Shown piece after piece: positions 23,801 through 35,377 of a DNA stretch of 64,000 nucleotides. Numbering within the stretch: position 1 is the first letter of the stretch; each line of letters opens with the position of its first letter. The translations under genes and the position numbers were made by a program. This DNA comes from Heterodontus francisci (taxonomy: Eukaryota): the NCBI RefSeq assembly GCF_036365525.1, contig NC_090373.1, positions 13,073,935 to 13,137,934 of the forward strand, in the 5' to 3' direction. The notes under the pieces were generated by a model, which worked only from the letters and a program-made list of their open reading frames with translations, was not told where the DNA came from and ran no database searches.

Positions 23801-26800
23801 GAGGTGGAGAGAGAGAGAGAGGTTCAGGGAGGAGGTGGAGAGAGAGAGAGAGGTTCAGGGAGGAGGTGGAGAGAGAGAGAGAGGTTCAGGGAGGAGGTGG
23901 AGAGAGAGAGAGAGGTTCAGGGAGGAGGTGGAGAGAGAGAGAGAGGTTCAGGGAGGAGGTGGAGAGAGAGAGAGAAGTTCAGGGAGGAGGTGGAGAGAGA
24001 GAGCGAGGTTCAGGGAGGAGGTAGAGAGAGAGGTTCAGGGAGGAGGTGCAGAGAGAGAGAGAGGTTCAGGGAGGAGGTGGAGAGAGAGAGAGTGAGGGGT
24101 TTATGGAGGAGGTGGAGAGAGAGAGGTTCAGGGAGGAGGTGGAGAGAGAGAGAGGTTCAGGGAGGAGGTGGAGAGAGAGAGAGAGGTTCAGGGAGGAGGT
24201 GGAGAGAGAGAGAGAGGTTCAGGGAGGAGGTGGAGAGAGAGAGAGAGAGAGGTTCAGGGAGGAGGTGGAGATGGAGAGAGAGAGAGAGAGGTTCAGGGAG
24301 GAGGTGGAGAGAGAGGCGTTTAGGGAGGAGGTGGAGAGAGAGAGAGGCGTTTAGGGAGGAGGTGGAGAGAGAGAGAGGCGTTTAGGGAGGAGGTGGAGAG
24401 AGAGAGAGGTTCAGGGAGGAGGTGGAGAGAGAGAGGTTCAGGGAGGAGGTGGAGAGAGAGAGAGAGAGGTTCAGGGAGGAGGTGGAGAGAGAGAGAGAGG
24501 CGTTCAGGGAGGAGGTGGAGAGAGAGAGAGAGGTTCAGGGAGGAGGTCGAGAGAGATGGGTTCAGGGAGGAGGTGGAGAGAGAGAGGTTTCGGGAGGAGG
24601 TAGCGAGAGAGAGAAGGGTTCAGGGAGGAGGTGGAGAGAGAGAGAGAGGTTCAGGGAGGAGGTGGAGAGAGAGAGAGAGGTTCAGGGAGGAGGTGGAGGT
24701 GGAGAGAGAGAGAGAGGTTCAGGGAGGAGGTGGAGAGAAAGAGAGGGAGAGGTTCAGGGAGGAGGTGGAGAGAGAGAGAGAGAGAGGTTCAGGGAGGAGG
24801 TAGAGAGANNNNNNNNNNNNNNNNNNNNNNNNNNNNNNNNNNNNNNNNNNNNNNNNNNNNNNNNNNNNNNNNNNNNNNNNNNNNNNNNNNNNNNNNNNNN
24901 NNNNNNNNNNNNNNNNNNNNNNNNNNNNNNNNNNNNNNNNNAGAGAGGCGTTTAGGGAGGAGGAGGAGAGAGAGAGGCGTTTAGGGAGGAGGTGGAGAGA
25001 GAGAGAGAGAGGTTCAGGGAGGAGGTGGAGAGAGAGAGGTTCAGGGAGGAGGTGGAGAGAGAGAGGTTCAGGGAGGAGGTGGAGAGAGAGAGAGGTTCAG
25101 GGAGGAGGTGGAGAGAGAGAGAGAGAGGTTCAGGGAGGAGGTGGAGAGAGAGAGGCGTTTAGCGAGGAGGTGGAGAGAGAGAGAAAGGTTCAGGGAGGAG
25201 GTCGAGAGAGAGGTTTAGGGAGGAGGTAGCGAGAGAGAGAAGGGTTCAGGGAGGAGGTGGAGAGAGAGAGAGAAGGGTTCAGGGAGGAGGTGGAGAGAGA
25301 GAGAGAGAGAGGTTCAGGGAGGAGGTGGAGAGAGAGATAGAGAGAGGTTCAGGGAGGAGGTGGAGATGGAGAGAGAGAGAGGTTCAGGGAGGAGGTGGAG
25401 AGAGAGAGAGGTTCAGGGAGGAGGTGGAGAGAGAGAGAGAGAGGTTCAGGGAGGAGGTGGAGAGAGAGAGGCGTTTAGGGAGGAGGTGGAGAGAGAGAGA
25501 GAGAGGTTCAGGGAGGAGGTGGAGAGAGAGAGGCGTTTAGGGAGGAGGTGGAGAGAGAGAGAGAGGTTCAGGGAGGAGGTAGAGAGAGAGAGGTTTAGGG
25601 AGGAGGTAGCGAGAGAGAGAGGGGTTCAGGGAGGAGGTGGAGAGAGAGAGGTTTAGGGAGGAGGTAGCGAGAGAGAGGTTTAGGGAGGAGGTAGCGAGAG
25701 AGANNNNNNNNNNNNNNNNNNNNNNNNNNNNNNNNNNNNNNNNNNNNNNNNNNNNNNNNNNNNNNNNNNNNNNNNNNNNNNNNNNNNNNNNNNNNNNNNN
25801 NNNNNNNNNNNNNNNNNNNNNNNNNNNNNNNNNNNNNNNNNNNNNNNNNNNNNNNNNNNNNGGAGAGAGAGAGGCGTTTAGGGAGGAGGTGGAGAGAGAG
25901 AGAGAGAGGTTCAGGGAGGAGGTGTAGAGAGAGAGGCGTTTAGGGAGGAGGTGGAGAGAGAGAGAGAGGTTCAGGGAGGAGGTAGAGAGAGAGAGGTTTA
26001 GGGAGGAGGTAGCGAGAGAGAGAGGGCTTCAGGGAGGAGGTGGTGAGAGAGAGGTTTAGGGAGGAGGTAGCGAGAGAGANNNNNNNNNNNNNNNNNNNNN
26101 NNNNNNNNNNNNNNNNNNNNNNNNNNNNNNNNNNNNNNNNNNNNNNNNNNNNNNNNNNNNNNNNNNNNNNNNNNNNNNNNNNNNNNNNNNNNNNNNNNNN
26201 NNNNNNNNNNNNNNNNNNNNNNNNNNNNNNNNNNNNNNNNNAGATGGAGAGAGAGAGAGGTTCAGGGAGGAGGTGGAGAGTGAGAGAGGTTCAGGGAGGA
26301 GGTGGAGAGAGAGAGAGAGAGGTTCAGGGAGGAGGTGGAGAGAGAGAGGTGTTTAGGGAGGAGGTGGAGAGAGAGAGAGAGAGGTTCAGGGAGGAGGTAG
26401 AGAGAGAGAGGTTCAGGGAGGAGGTAGAGAGAGAGAGGTTTAGGGAGGAGGAAGCGAGAGAGAGAGGGGTTCAGGGAGGAGGTGGAGAGAGAGAGAGAGG
26501 TTCAGGGAGGAGGTCGAGAGAGAGAGGTTCAGGGAGGAGGTAGAGAGAGAGAGGGGTTCAGGGAGGAGGTAGAGAGAGAGAGAGGTTTAGGGAGGAGGTA
26601 GAGAGTGAGAGAGGAGGTAGAGAGAGAGAGAGTGAGTGGTTCAGGGAGGAGGTAGAGAGAGAGAGTGAGTGGTTTAGGGAGGAGGTAGAGAGAGAGAGTG
26701 AGTGGTTCAGGGAGGAGGTAGAGAGAGAGAGTGAGTGGTTCAGGGAGGAGGTAGAGAGAGAGAGTGAGTGGTTCAGGGAGGAGGTAGAGAGAGAGAGGGG

Positions 26801-27360
26801 GGTTCAGGGAGGAGGTAGAGAGAGAGAGGGGGGTTCAGGGAGGAGGTAGAGAGAGAGAGTGAGTGGTTCAGGGAGGAGGTAGAGAGAGAGAGTGAGTGGT
26901 TCAGGGAGGAGGTAGAGAGAGAGAGGGGGGTTCAGGGAGGAGGTAGAGAGAGAGAATGAGTGGTTCAGGGAGGAGATAGAGAGAGAGTGAGTGGTTCAGG
27001 GAGGAGGTAGAGAGAGAGAGGGGGGTTCAGGGAGGAGGTAGAGAGAGTGAGTGGTTCAGGGAGGAGATAGAGAGAGGGAGAGGTTCAGGGAGGGAATTCC
27101 ACAGCTTTGGGCCTGAATAGCTGAAGACACAGCAGCCAATGATGAAGCAATTAAAATCAGGGATGCACAAGAGACCAGAATTGGAGGAGCACAGACATCT
27201 GAAGACAAGGCTGAGAATTTTAAAACTGAATTGTCAAACTAGGATTGATGGCGGAACGGGACTTGGTGTGAGCATGGATAGAGGCACCAGAGTTCTTGAG
27301 CTGATATAGGGTGAAAGATGGGAGGCTATCCAGGGCAGCGTTGGAATAGTCAAGTCTCCG
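14812..27360 (-). mobile_element. L2 3' fragment interrupted by a 12 kb satellite
   Basis: L2 tail (CAACTTGTATTCATGTGGCGCCTTTAATG) at about 14817; body stops near 14990 and resumes at 27091 (AGGGAATTCCACAGCTTTGGGCC...CAAGAGACCAGAATTGGAGG), colinear with the reverse complement of the L2 at 32345-33030. Confidence 0.85.
14960..27092 (+). repeat. Polypurine compound satellite, unit GGTTCAGGGAGGAGGT(A/G)+(GA)n, about 25-37 bp
   Basis: Hundreds of tandem units seen directly; variant blocks, about 1.8 kb higher-order duplication, several N runs. Confidence 0.97.
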
Positions 27361-27804
27361 GCCACAATTCTCATACATTTATAAATCCTTCCATTGTACC
27401 TCCAAAACTTACTGAACTTCACACCTTCCACCCTTCTGCTTTTGACCTACTCTGCATTTCTGCTTTCTCCACCTTCCTTCACCATCTGTCGCAGACCTTC
27501 AGCTAAAATGCCATTTCACTCTTGAATTCTCTTCCTAAAAACCTTTGCATTGTTATATCTATGCCCAACTACCTCAAAACCTACTAGTGAAAGTCGCAGG
27601 CATGGACAAATTTAGGAGCACTTTACCAAAATGTAGAGGAACCGAAAAAAATCGATATATCAGAGAAAGGCTGATGAAGCAAATCAATATGTACACTTCT
27701 ATGTCACTTCTACAACTATCGCTGCCCTCTTCTGGTTCTGGCCTGTTGCGCATCTTGTTTTTCATCGTTCCATCATTGCCGGCCGTGCTTTCAGCTGCAT
27801 CAAC

Positions 27805-30800
27805 CCGTAGGAACAGGAGTAGGCCACTCAGTCCCTCATGCCTGTTCTGCCATTCATTGAGCTTGTGGCCAACCTGTATCTTAACTCGATTCACCCACCT
27901 TGGCTTCATATCTTTTTTTATTCATTCATGGGACGTGAGCATCGCTGGCTCGGCCAGCATTTATTGCCCTTCCCTAATTGCCCTCGAGAAGGTGGTGATG
28001 AGCCATCGCCTGGAATCGCTGCAGTCCTTGGGATGTAGGTACACCCACAGTGCTGCTAGGAAGGGAGTTCCAGGATTTTGACCCAGTGTCAGTGAAAGAA
28101 TAGCGATGTAGTTCCAAGTCAGGATGGTGTGTGGCTTGGACGGGATCTTGCAGGTGGTGGTGTTCCCATGCATCTGCTGCCTTTGTCCTTCTAAGTGGTA
28201 GAGGTTGTGGGTTTGGAAGGTGCTGTCGAAGGAGATGTGGTGAGTTACTGTAGTGCATCTTGTAGATGATACGCACTGCTGCCACTTCGTGTTGGTGGTG
28301 AAGGAATTGAATGTTGAAGATGGTGGATGGGGCGCCAATCAAGAGATCCGCTTTATCCTCAATGGTGTCGAGCTTCCTGAATGTTGTTGAAGCTGCACTC
28401 ATTCAGGCAAGTGGAGAATATTCCATCACACTCCTGACTTGTGCCTTGCAGATGGCAGACAGGCATTGGGGAGTCAGGAGGTGAGTTACTCGCCGCAGAA
28501 TTCCCAGCCTCTGACCTGCTCTTGTAGCCACAGCATTTATGTGGCTTGTTCAGTATCGGTTTCTGGTTAATGGTAACCCCCCCAGGATGGGATTCAGCGA
28601 TGGTAATGCCATTGAACATCAAGGGGAGATGGTTAGATTCTATCTTATTTGAGATGATCATTGCCTGGCACTTGTGTGGCGTGAATATTACTTGCCAATT
28701 ATCAACCCAAGCCTGAATGTTGTCGAGGTCTTGTTGCATATGGACATGGGCTGTTTCAGTATCTGAACAGTCACGAATGGTACTGAACATTGTGCAAACA
28801 TCAGCGAACATCCCCACTTCTGACCTTATGATGGAGGGAAAGTCTTTGATGAAGCAGCTGAAGATGGTTGGACCTAGGACTCCTACCTTCAGGAACTCGA
28901 ACAGTGATGTCCTGGGACTGAGATGATTGACCTCCAACAACCACAACCATCTTCCTTTGTGCTAGGTATGACTCCAGCAGCGGAAGGTTTTCTCCCTGAT
29001 TGACATTGACTCCAGTTTTGCTAGGACTCCTTGATGCCATACTCAGTCAAATGCTGCCTTGATGTCAAGGGCAGTCGCTCTCACCTCACCTCTTGAGTTC
29101 AGCTCTTTTGTCCATGTTTGAACCAAGGCTGTAATGAGGTCAGGAGCTGAGTGGCCCTGGCGGAATCCAAACTGAGCATCAGTGCACAGGTGCTGCTTGA
29201 TCGCACTGTTGATGACAGCTTCCATCACTTTACTGATGATTGAGAGTAGACTGATAGGGAGGTAATTGGCCGGGTTGGACTTGTCCTGCTCTTTGTGTAC
29301 AGGACATACCTGGGAAATTTTCCACATTGCCGGGTAGATGCCAGTGTTGCAGCTATACTGGAACAGCTTGGCTAGGGGCACGGCAAGTTCTGGAGCACAG
29401 GTCTTCAGTACTATTGCCAGAATGTTGTCGGGGCCCATAGCCTTTGCAGTATCCAGTGCCTTCAGTCGTTTCTTGATATCATGTGGAGTGAATCGGATTG
29501 GCTGAAGTCTGGCATCTGTGATACTGGGGACCTCACGAGGAGGCCAAGATGGATCATCCACTCGGCACTTCTGGCTGAAGATGGGTGCAAATACTTCAGC
29601 CTTGCTTTTGCACTGATGTGCTGGACTTCCCCCATTGTTAAGAATGGGGATATTTGTGGAGACTTCTCTTCCTGTTAGTTGCTTAATTGTTCACCATTCA
29701 CGACTGGATGTGGCAGGACTGCAGAGCTTAGATCTGATCCGTCGGTTATAGGATCAGTTAGCTCTGTCTATCGCATGCTGGTTCTGCTGTTTGGCATGCA
29801 TGTAGTTCTGGGTTGTAGTTTCACCCGGCTGACACCTCATTTTTAGGTATGCCTGGAGCTGCTCCTGGAATGCCGTCTCCTGCTGTCTTCATTGAACCAG
29901 GGTTTGTCCCCAGCTTAATGGTAATGGTAGAGTGGGGGGATATGCCAGGCCATGAGGGTTAATTCTGCTGCTGCTGATGGCCCACAACACCTCATGAATG
30001 CCCAATTTTGAGTTGCTAGATCTGTTGGAAATCTATCCCATTCAGCACGGTGGTAGTGCGACACAAATCAATGGTGGGTATCCTCAATGTGAGGACAGTT
30101 CTTCGGCTCCACAAGGACTGTGCAGTGGTCACTTCTACCAATACTGTCATGGGCAAAGGCATCTGTGACAGATTAGTGAGGACGAGGTCAAGTAGGTTTT
30201 TCCCCAATTGTTGGTTCCCTCACCACCTACCACAGACCCAGTCTGGCAGCTATGTCCTTTAGGTCTTGGCCAGTAATGGTGCTACTGAGCCACTCTTGGT
30301 GATGGACATTGAAGTGCCCCACCCAGAGTACATTCTGTGCCCTTGCTACCTTTCGTGCTTCTTCCAATTGGTATTCAACATGGAGGGACAGTAAGTGATA
30401 ATCAGCAGGAGGTTTCCTTGCCCATGTTTGGGCTGATGCCATGAGACTTTATGGGGTCCAGAATCAATTTTGAAAGCTCCCAGGGCAACTCCTCCCACCT
30501 GTATACCACTGGGCTGCCATCTCTCGTGGCTCTGTCCTTCCCGTGGGACACAACATACCCAGGGATGGTGGTCAGGGACATTGTAAGGTATTCCTTGAGT
30601 ATGGCTGTGTTAGGCTGTTGCTTGACTAGTCTGTAGGCAGTTCTCCCAATTTTGGCACAAGCCCCCAGATGTTAGTAAGAACTTTGTAGTATTGATGGAG
30701 CTGGCTGTGGCATTGTTATTTCCAGTGCCTACATCACTGCTGGGTGGTCCATCCTGTTTCATTCCTTCTATTAGGCTTTAGATGCAACTAAATGGCTTGC

Positions 30801-31755
30801 TAGGCCATTTACGATTCAACCACATTACTGTGGGTCTGGAATCACATGTAGGCCAGACCAGGTAAGGGTGGCAGATTTCCTTCCCTATAGGGCATTTGTA
30901 AACCAGATGGGTGGGTTTTTTACAACAATTGACAATGGTTTCATGATCACCACAAGACTAGCTTTTTAATTGTAGCTTAATTGATTTCAAATGTCACCAT
31001 CTGCCATAGTGGGATTCAAACCCATATTCCCAGAGCATTAGCCTAGGCTTACGGGTCCAGTGACATTACCACTACACCACAATCTCCGCCTTATTACACC
31101 CTTCTCCAGCAAAAATTTTGTGAATCTCAAATTTAAAATTATTAATTGACCTAGCATACACAGCTTTTGTGGGAGAGTTCCAGACTTCTACCACCCTTTG
31201 CATGAAGAAGTATTTCCAAACTTCTCTTTGAATGGCCTGGCTCTGATGTTAAGGTTATGTCTTCTTGTCCTGAATTCCTCTGCCAGCAGAAAAATATTCT
31301 CTGTAGCGTATCAAGTCTTTTCAAAATCCTTAACCTTCCATATTATAGGGAGTGAGTACAAGCCTAGTTTGTGATCTCGCTTCATAATTTAACCCTTGGA
31401 GCGCTGGTAACGTTCTGGTGAATCTGCACAGCAATCCTTCCAAGCCCAATATGTCCTTTCTATGTGGTGCCCAGAACTGTACACAGTGCTCCAGATGTGG
31501 TCTAACCAGGGTTTTGTATAGCTGTTGTAAGATTTCCCTTTATATTCTAGCCCTCTCGTCGTAAAGGCTAAAATTCCATGAGCATTTTTGATTTTTTGTG
31601 TGCTTGACTACTACATTTTAGTGATCTGTGTCTATGGACCTCTAAATCTCTCTGAATCCCACTGTTTCATCATTTAAATAATAAGCAGATTTTATCCTTC
31701 TTTAGTCCAAAATGGATGACCTCACGCTTGACCATCTGCCACAGTTTTGCCTACA
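27805..31755 (-). mobile_element. CR1 (HER1-like) 3' fragment split by the family A LINE (host parts 27805-27912 and 31088-31755)
   Basis: AGGAACAGGAGTAGGCC...CCTTGGCTTCATATC continues after the insertion as GCCTTATTACACCCTT...AATCTCAAATTTAAAATTATTAATTGACC, colinear with the uninterrupted copy at 61512-61920. Confidence 0.75.
27913..31087 (-). mobile_element. Apparently full-length family A LINE: tRNA-derived head, single APE-RT ORF (decayed), short tail
   Basis: Head 31087-30790 with A box TGGTGTAGTGG and B box GGTTTGAATCC; APE from about 30685 (TNIWGLVPKLGEL, VLWVGHFNVHHQEWL, NLLDLVLTN); RT (KAMGPDNI, QFGFRQGHSAPD, ALDIKAAFD, LGPTIFSCF, MFADVC); tail CCCATGAATGAATAAAAAAA. Confidence 0.9.
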
Positions 31756-31756
31756 C

Positions 31757-32340
31757 AGGCCCTAAGCTGAGGCGAATAACTCACCTCCTGACTCCCCAAA
31801 GCCTGTCCACAATCTACAAGGCACAAGTCAGGAGTGTGATGGAGTACTCTCCACTTACCTGGATGGGTGCAGCTCCAACAACACTCAAGAACCATCCAGG
31901 ACAAAGCCGCCCGCTTGATTGGCACCCCATCCACAAACATTCACTCCCTCCACCACCGACGCACAGTGGCAGCAGTGTGTACCATCTACAAGATGCACTG
32001 CGGCAACGCACCAAAGCTCCTTCGACAGCACCTTCCAAACCCACGACCTCTACCACTTAGAAGGACAAGAGAAGCAAATGCATGGGAACACCACCACCTG
32101 CAAGTTCCCCTCCAAGTCACACACCATCCTGACTTGGAACTATATCGCCGTTCCTTCACTGTCGCTGGGTCAAAATCCTGGAACTCCCTTCCTAACAACA
32201 CTGTAGGTGTACCTATCCCACATGGGCTGCAGTGGTTCAAGAAGGCAGCTCACCACCACCTTCTCAAGGGCATTTAATGATGGGCAATAAATGCTGGCCT
32301 AGCCAGTGACGCCCACATCCCATGAATGAATAAAGATAAA
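31757..32340 (+). mobile_element. 3' fragment of family A LINE
   Basis: LRRITHLLTPQSLSTIYKAQVRSVMEYSPL...FKKAAHHHLLKG plus intact tail CCCACATCCCATGAATGAATAAA. Confidence 0.9.
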
Positions 32341-32344
32341 AGCT

Positions 32345-33200
32345 CTAAGCCATCACTAAGACTGCCTATTTTCACCTCTGTAACATCGTCCAATTTCGCC
32401 CCGTCTCAGCTCTTCTGTCACTGAAATCCTTATTCATGCCCTTGTTACCTCCAGGCTTGACTATTCCAATGGTGGAATACAATCTGGCTGGTCTTCCACA
32501 TTCTACTCTGCCACATTTTACTGTCCGCAAACTTGAGATCATCCAAAACTCTGCTGCCCATGTCTTAACTCGCACCAAGTCCCATTCCCCTAACATTCCT
32601 GTGCTCACTGACCCACAATGGCTCCCAGTCAAGCAATGTCTTGATTTTAAAATACTTATCCTTGTTTTCAAACCCCTTCCTATCTCTGTAATCTCCTCCA
32701 GTCGCACAACCCTCCAAGATATCTGGGCTCCTCTAATTCTGGCCTCTTGAACGTCCTTGATTTTAATCACTCCACCATTGGTGGTCACACCTTCAGTTGA
32801 CTGGGCCCTAAGATCTGGAATACCCTCCCTAAATCTCTCTGCCTCTCCACCTCGCTTTCTTCTTTTAAGACACTCCTTAAAACCTACCTCTTTGACCAAG
32901 CTTTTGCTCTTCTGATGTAATATATCTCCTTATGTGGCTCGGTGTCATACTTTGTTTTATAATGCTCCTGTAAAGCGCCTTGGGATGTTTTACATTAAAG
33001 GCACAATATAAATATAAGTTGTTGTTGAACTTTCTCCCTAAATCTCTCCACCTCTCTACCTCTCTCTCTTCATTTAAGACTTACCTCACCTGCCCCAATA
33101 CCTCCTTTTGTGGCTTACTGTCAAATGCTGTCTAATTATGCTCCTGTGAAGTGCCTTGGGATATTTTACTATGTCGAAGTTGTTATATAAGTACAAGTTA
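32345..33200 (+). mobile_element. L2 3' end, followed by a second short L2 tail (about 33030-33200)
   Basis: LIHALVTSRLDYSN, KLEIIQNSAAHVLTRTK, WLPVKQCLDFKILILVFK; tail GTAAAGCGCCTTGGGATGTTTTACATTAAAGG...GTTGTTG. Confidence 0.9.
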
Positions 33201-33567
33201 TTACTGTATTCTTCTTCCACTTCATCTACATGTTCAAATCTTGGCATCTTGGAATCCACATCACAATGGTTTGTGCCATAGAGCTTATTTTTGCGAGGGG
33301 AAAAGAGGGGTTCGGGGACAAAGGTTCCTTTATAATTTTCCCTGTTTATGTGTTTTAAGAAAAAACTTGCCAATGGCTAGTCCCATCATTCCAAATACTA
33401 GGAATTCATGGCCAATTTACAGTTTTCAATCATGGTGCCTCATATTTGATCATGGAATTGTACTGCAGATGGGCATTTTCTGTGGGAAATATCCTTGTAA
33501 TTCATTTTGGCTGCACTATAATGAGATACTTGAGTATTTTTAAAAGCTTTAAACACTGTTAACTTCA

Positions 33568-33990
33568 ACTTGGCTCAGGATCATTTTTAACTTAAGGTTA
33601 CATGGTTGTAGATTTGATTGAGCTCCTTGTCAGGGACTGAGCTCACTTAGGCTGGGAATCCATTGCAGTGTTGAAGTCCTGCATTACTGTGGGCAGATGC
33701 AGTGGGTGAGATATTAAACTGAGATCCCATTAACCTGTTCTGATGGTTGCGATGGAGGGTTAAACGTCCAGTTTAAATGACTCCTCTCGTGTTTTGGCTA
33801 ACATTCGCCCCACAATCAATGCCACGAAAAATTGTAATTAGCTGGCCTTTTATCTCACTGCTGTTTGTGGGGGATTGCTATTGGGAATGCTGCTGTTTAG
33901 CAACAGTTGCTGAAGTTCAAAGTAATTTGTCCCATGAAGCATGTTGAGATGCTTCAATGTGAGAAGACACTATATAAATGCAAATATTTA
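33568..33990 (+). mobile_element. Degenerate Deu-domain SINE (SacSINE1-like)
   Basis: TGGCTCAG head, GAGATATTAAACTGAGATCCC, CTGCTGTTTGTGGG and TATATAAATGCAA tail; similar to 45140-45565. Confidence 0.6.
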
Positions 33991-34466
33991 TGATTTAAAG
34001 TTGGGGCATCTGTCATGGAATGTTTCTGAAATTGGTTAATTTCAAAAGCAGTGCAAAAAGTATTGAGTGATCTCATATTTGCTTCTCTATATCACCATAA
34101 AAATCCTGTCCAAATATGGTCCAATAAAGAATGGAGTGAATATCTTCCAAAAGCTTAAGCAATCTGTTGGACTGCTCCAGCATGAGGAAACCCATTTATA
34201 TTCAAATTAAAATCCTCTATTCAGTCTTTGCTTGGTGGCTGCTGTAAGTCACAGTATAATGCGTATTCTTCAAGGACATCATGTTGCTATGTTTTTTGAA
34301 CAGTGTGTTCTTTTTTTGCTTTTACAAGAAGAATGATCACATCATTTAAATATATTTTGTATATGTATGTGTGGAACAATTCGCTTTATATTGCTTCCAG
34401 AAATTATATAGAAACTGGATGACAATATGAATTTTCAAAAGATGCTTCATAAATATTGGTTGATAG

Positions 34467-35377
34467 TGTTATGACCAGGTGAGAAAGGTGGCTCGGGGTC
34501 TTTTACTGTCTTCACATAGTCTTATTGTAACAGGGTTTAATTTTAAACACACTGTGTTTTGAGCTTCCCCTTGGTGAATCCTTGTTGACCACTTTCCAAT
34601 TATAAGGCCAAGGAATGAGCACACCAGGTTTTCTTAGGTTTAAAGAAGAAAAATGAAATTTATTAAACCTTAAACTTAAACTCTGATTCGGTTAATGCCT
34701 ATGGATACATGCCGTGCCCACGCTAGCATACACATGCAATATGCACATACAAATAGAAACAGAAAAGAGAAGAAAAATGAAATGGAGAGGTTTGAAGCAA
34801 TCTCTGACAAAGTTTTTTTTTACTGTGCTTCGAGCTCGCTGTAGGGTCCTAGATTGTAGGTAATCTTGCTTTTCGTTGGGGCCCAGTATTCTTCTTGAAC
34901 CTCGTCCACCGTAAGAGACTTTTCTCTCTTGGGGTTCATATGTCTTCAATGGTTTTTGAAGCTGGTGAGAGCGAGATGAGAGCAGACAGGAGAGAGGTCT
35001 TCTCAGTCCAGAAGCTAACAGCCTTCTGATTTCAAATTCCCTGTTGGAAGCTCAAATTCAAAAAACTCCAACAGTCAGTCAGTCTTGTGACCAAACTGGC
35101 CCGACCACGTCTGTTTGTGTATTCAGCCATTTTAGTAGTTAACCTGGAATGCTTCAACGTCTGGTAATCAAAAGTCCATTGTGGATTAAATTAGAGCAGG
35201 GAATAGTCCCTTTGTCCTTTGAAGTACTTGTCTGTTGATTTGCTAATGTCTCTCTCCAGCCAAAGTCTTCAATTGTTTTTAAAGCATGTTCTTTCTTCAC
35301 CATCAGCAGTTTGAAATCAATGTTCATGTGGCGAAATTGATTTTCCTCATTCTTGGCAGGTGGGGGCTTGCCTGACA
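34467..35377 (-). mobile_element. Solo LTR
   Basis: TGTTA...TGACA termini, perfect 4 bp TSD ATAG (34463-34466 and 35378-35381), minus-strand AATAAA near 34660. Confidence 0.85.

Noticed and set aside
14654-26543. Long ORFs reading ERFREEVER, EVQGGGGER or GSGRRWRE
   Set aside because: Translations of the satellite, open in several frames only because GTG-type units lack stops; no splice or start context.
14960-27092. CRISPR-like repeat-spacer appearance
   Set aside because: The spacers are only (GA)n, the DNA is eukaryotic and there are no cas genes.
27545-28081. 178 aa (+) and 111 aa (-) ORFs
   Set aside because: They run across an L2 fragment (about 27700-27800), a CR1 tail and a LINE tail; chance chimeric frames.
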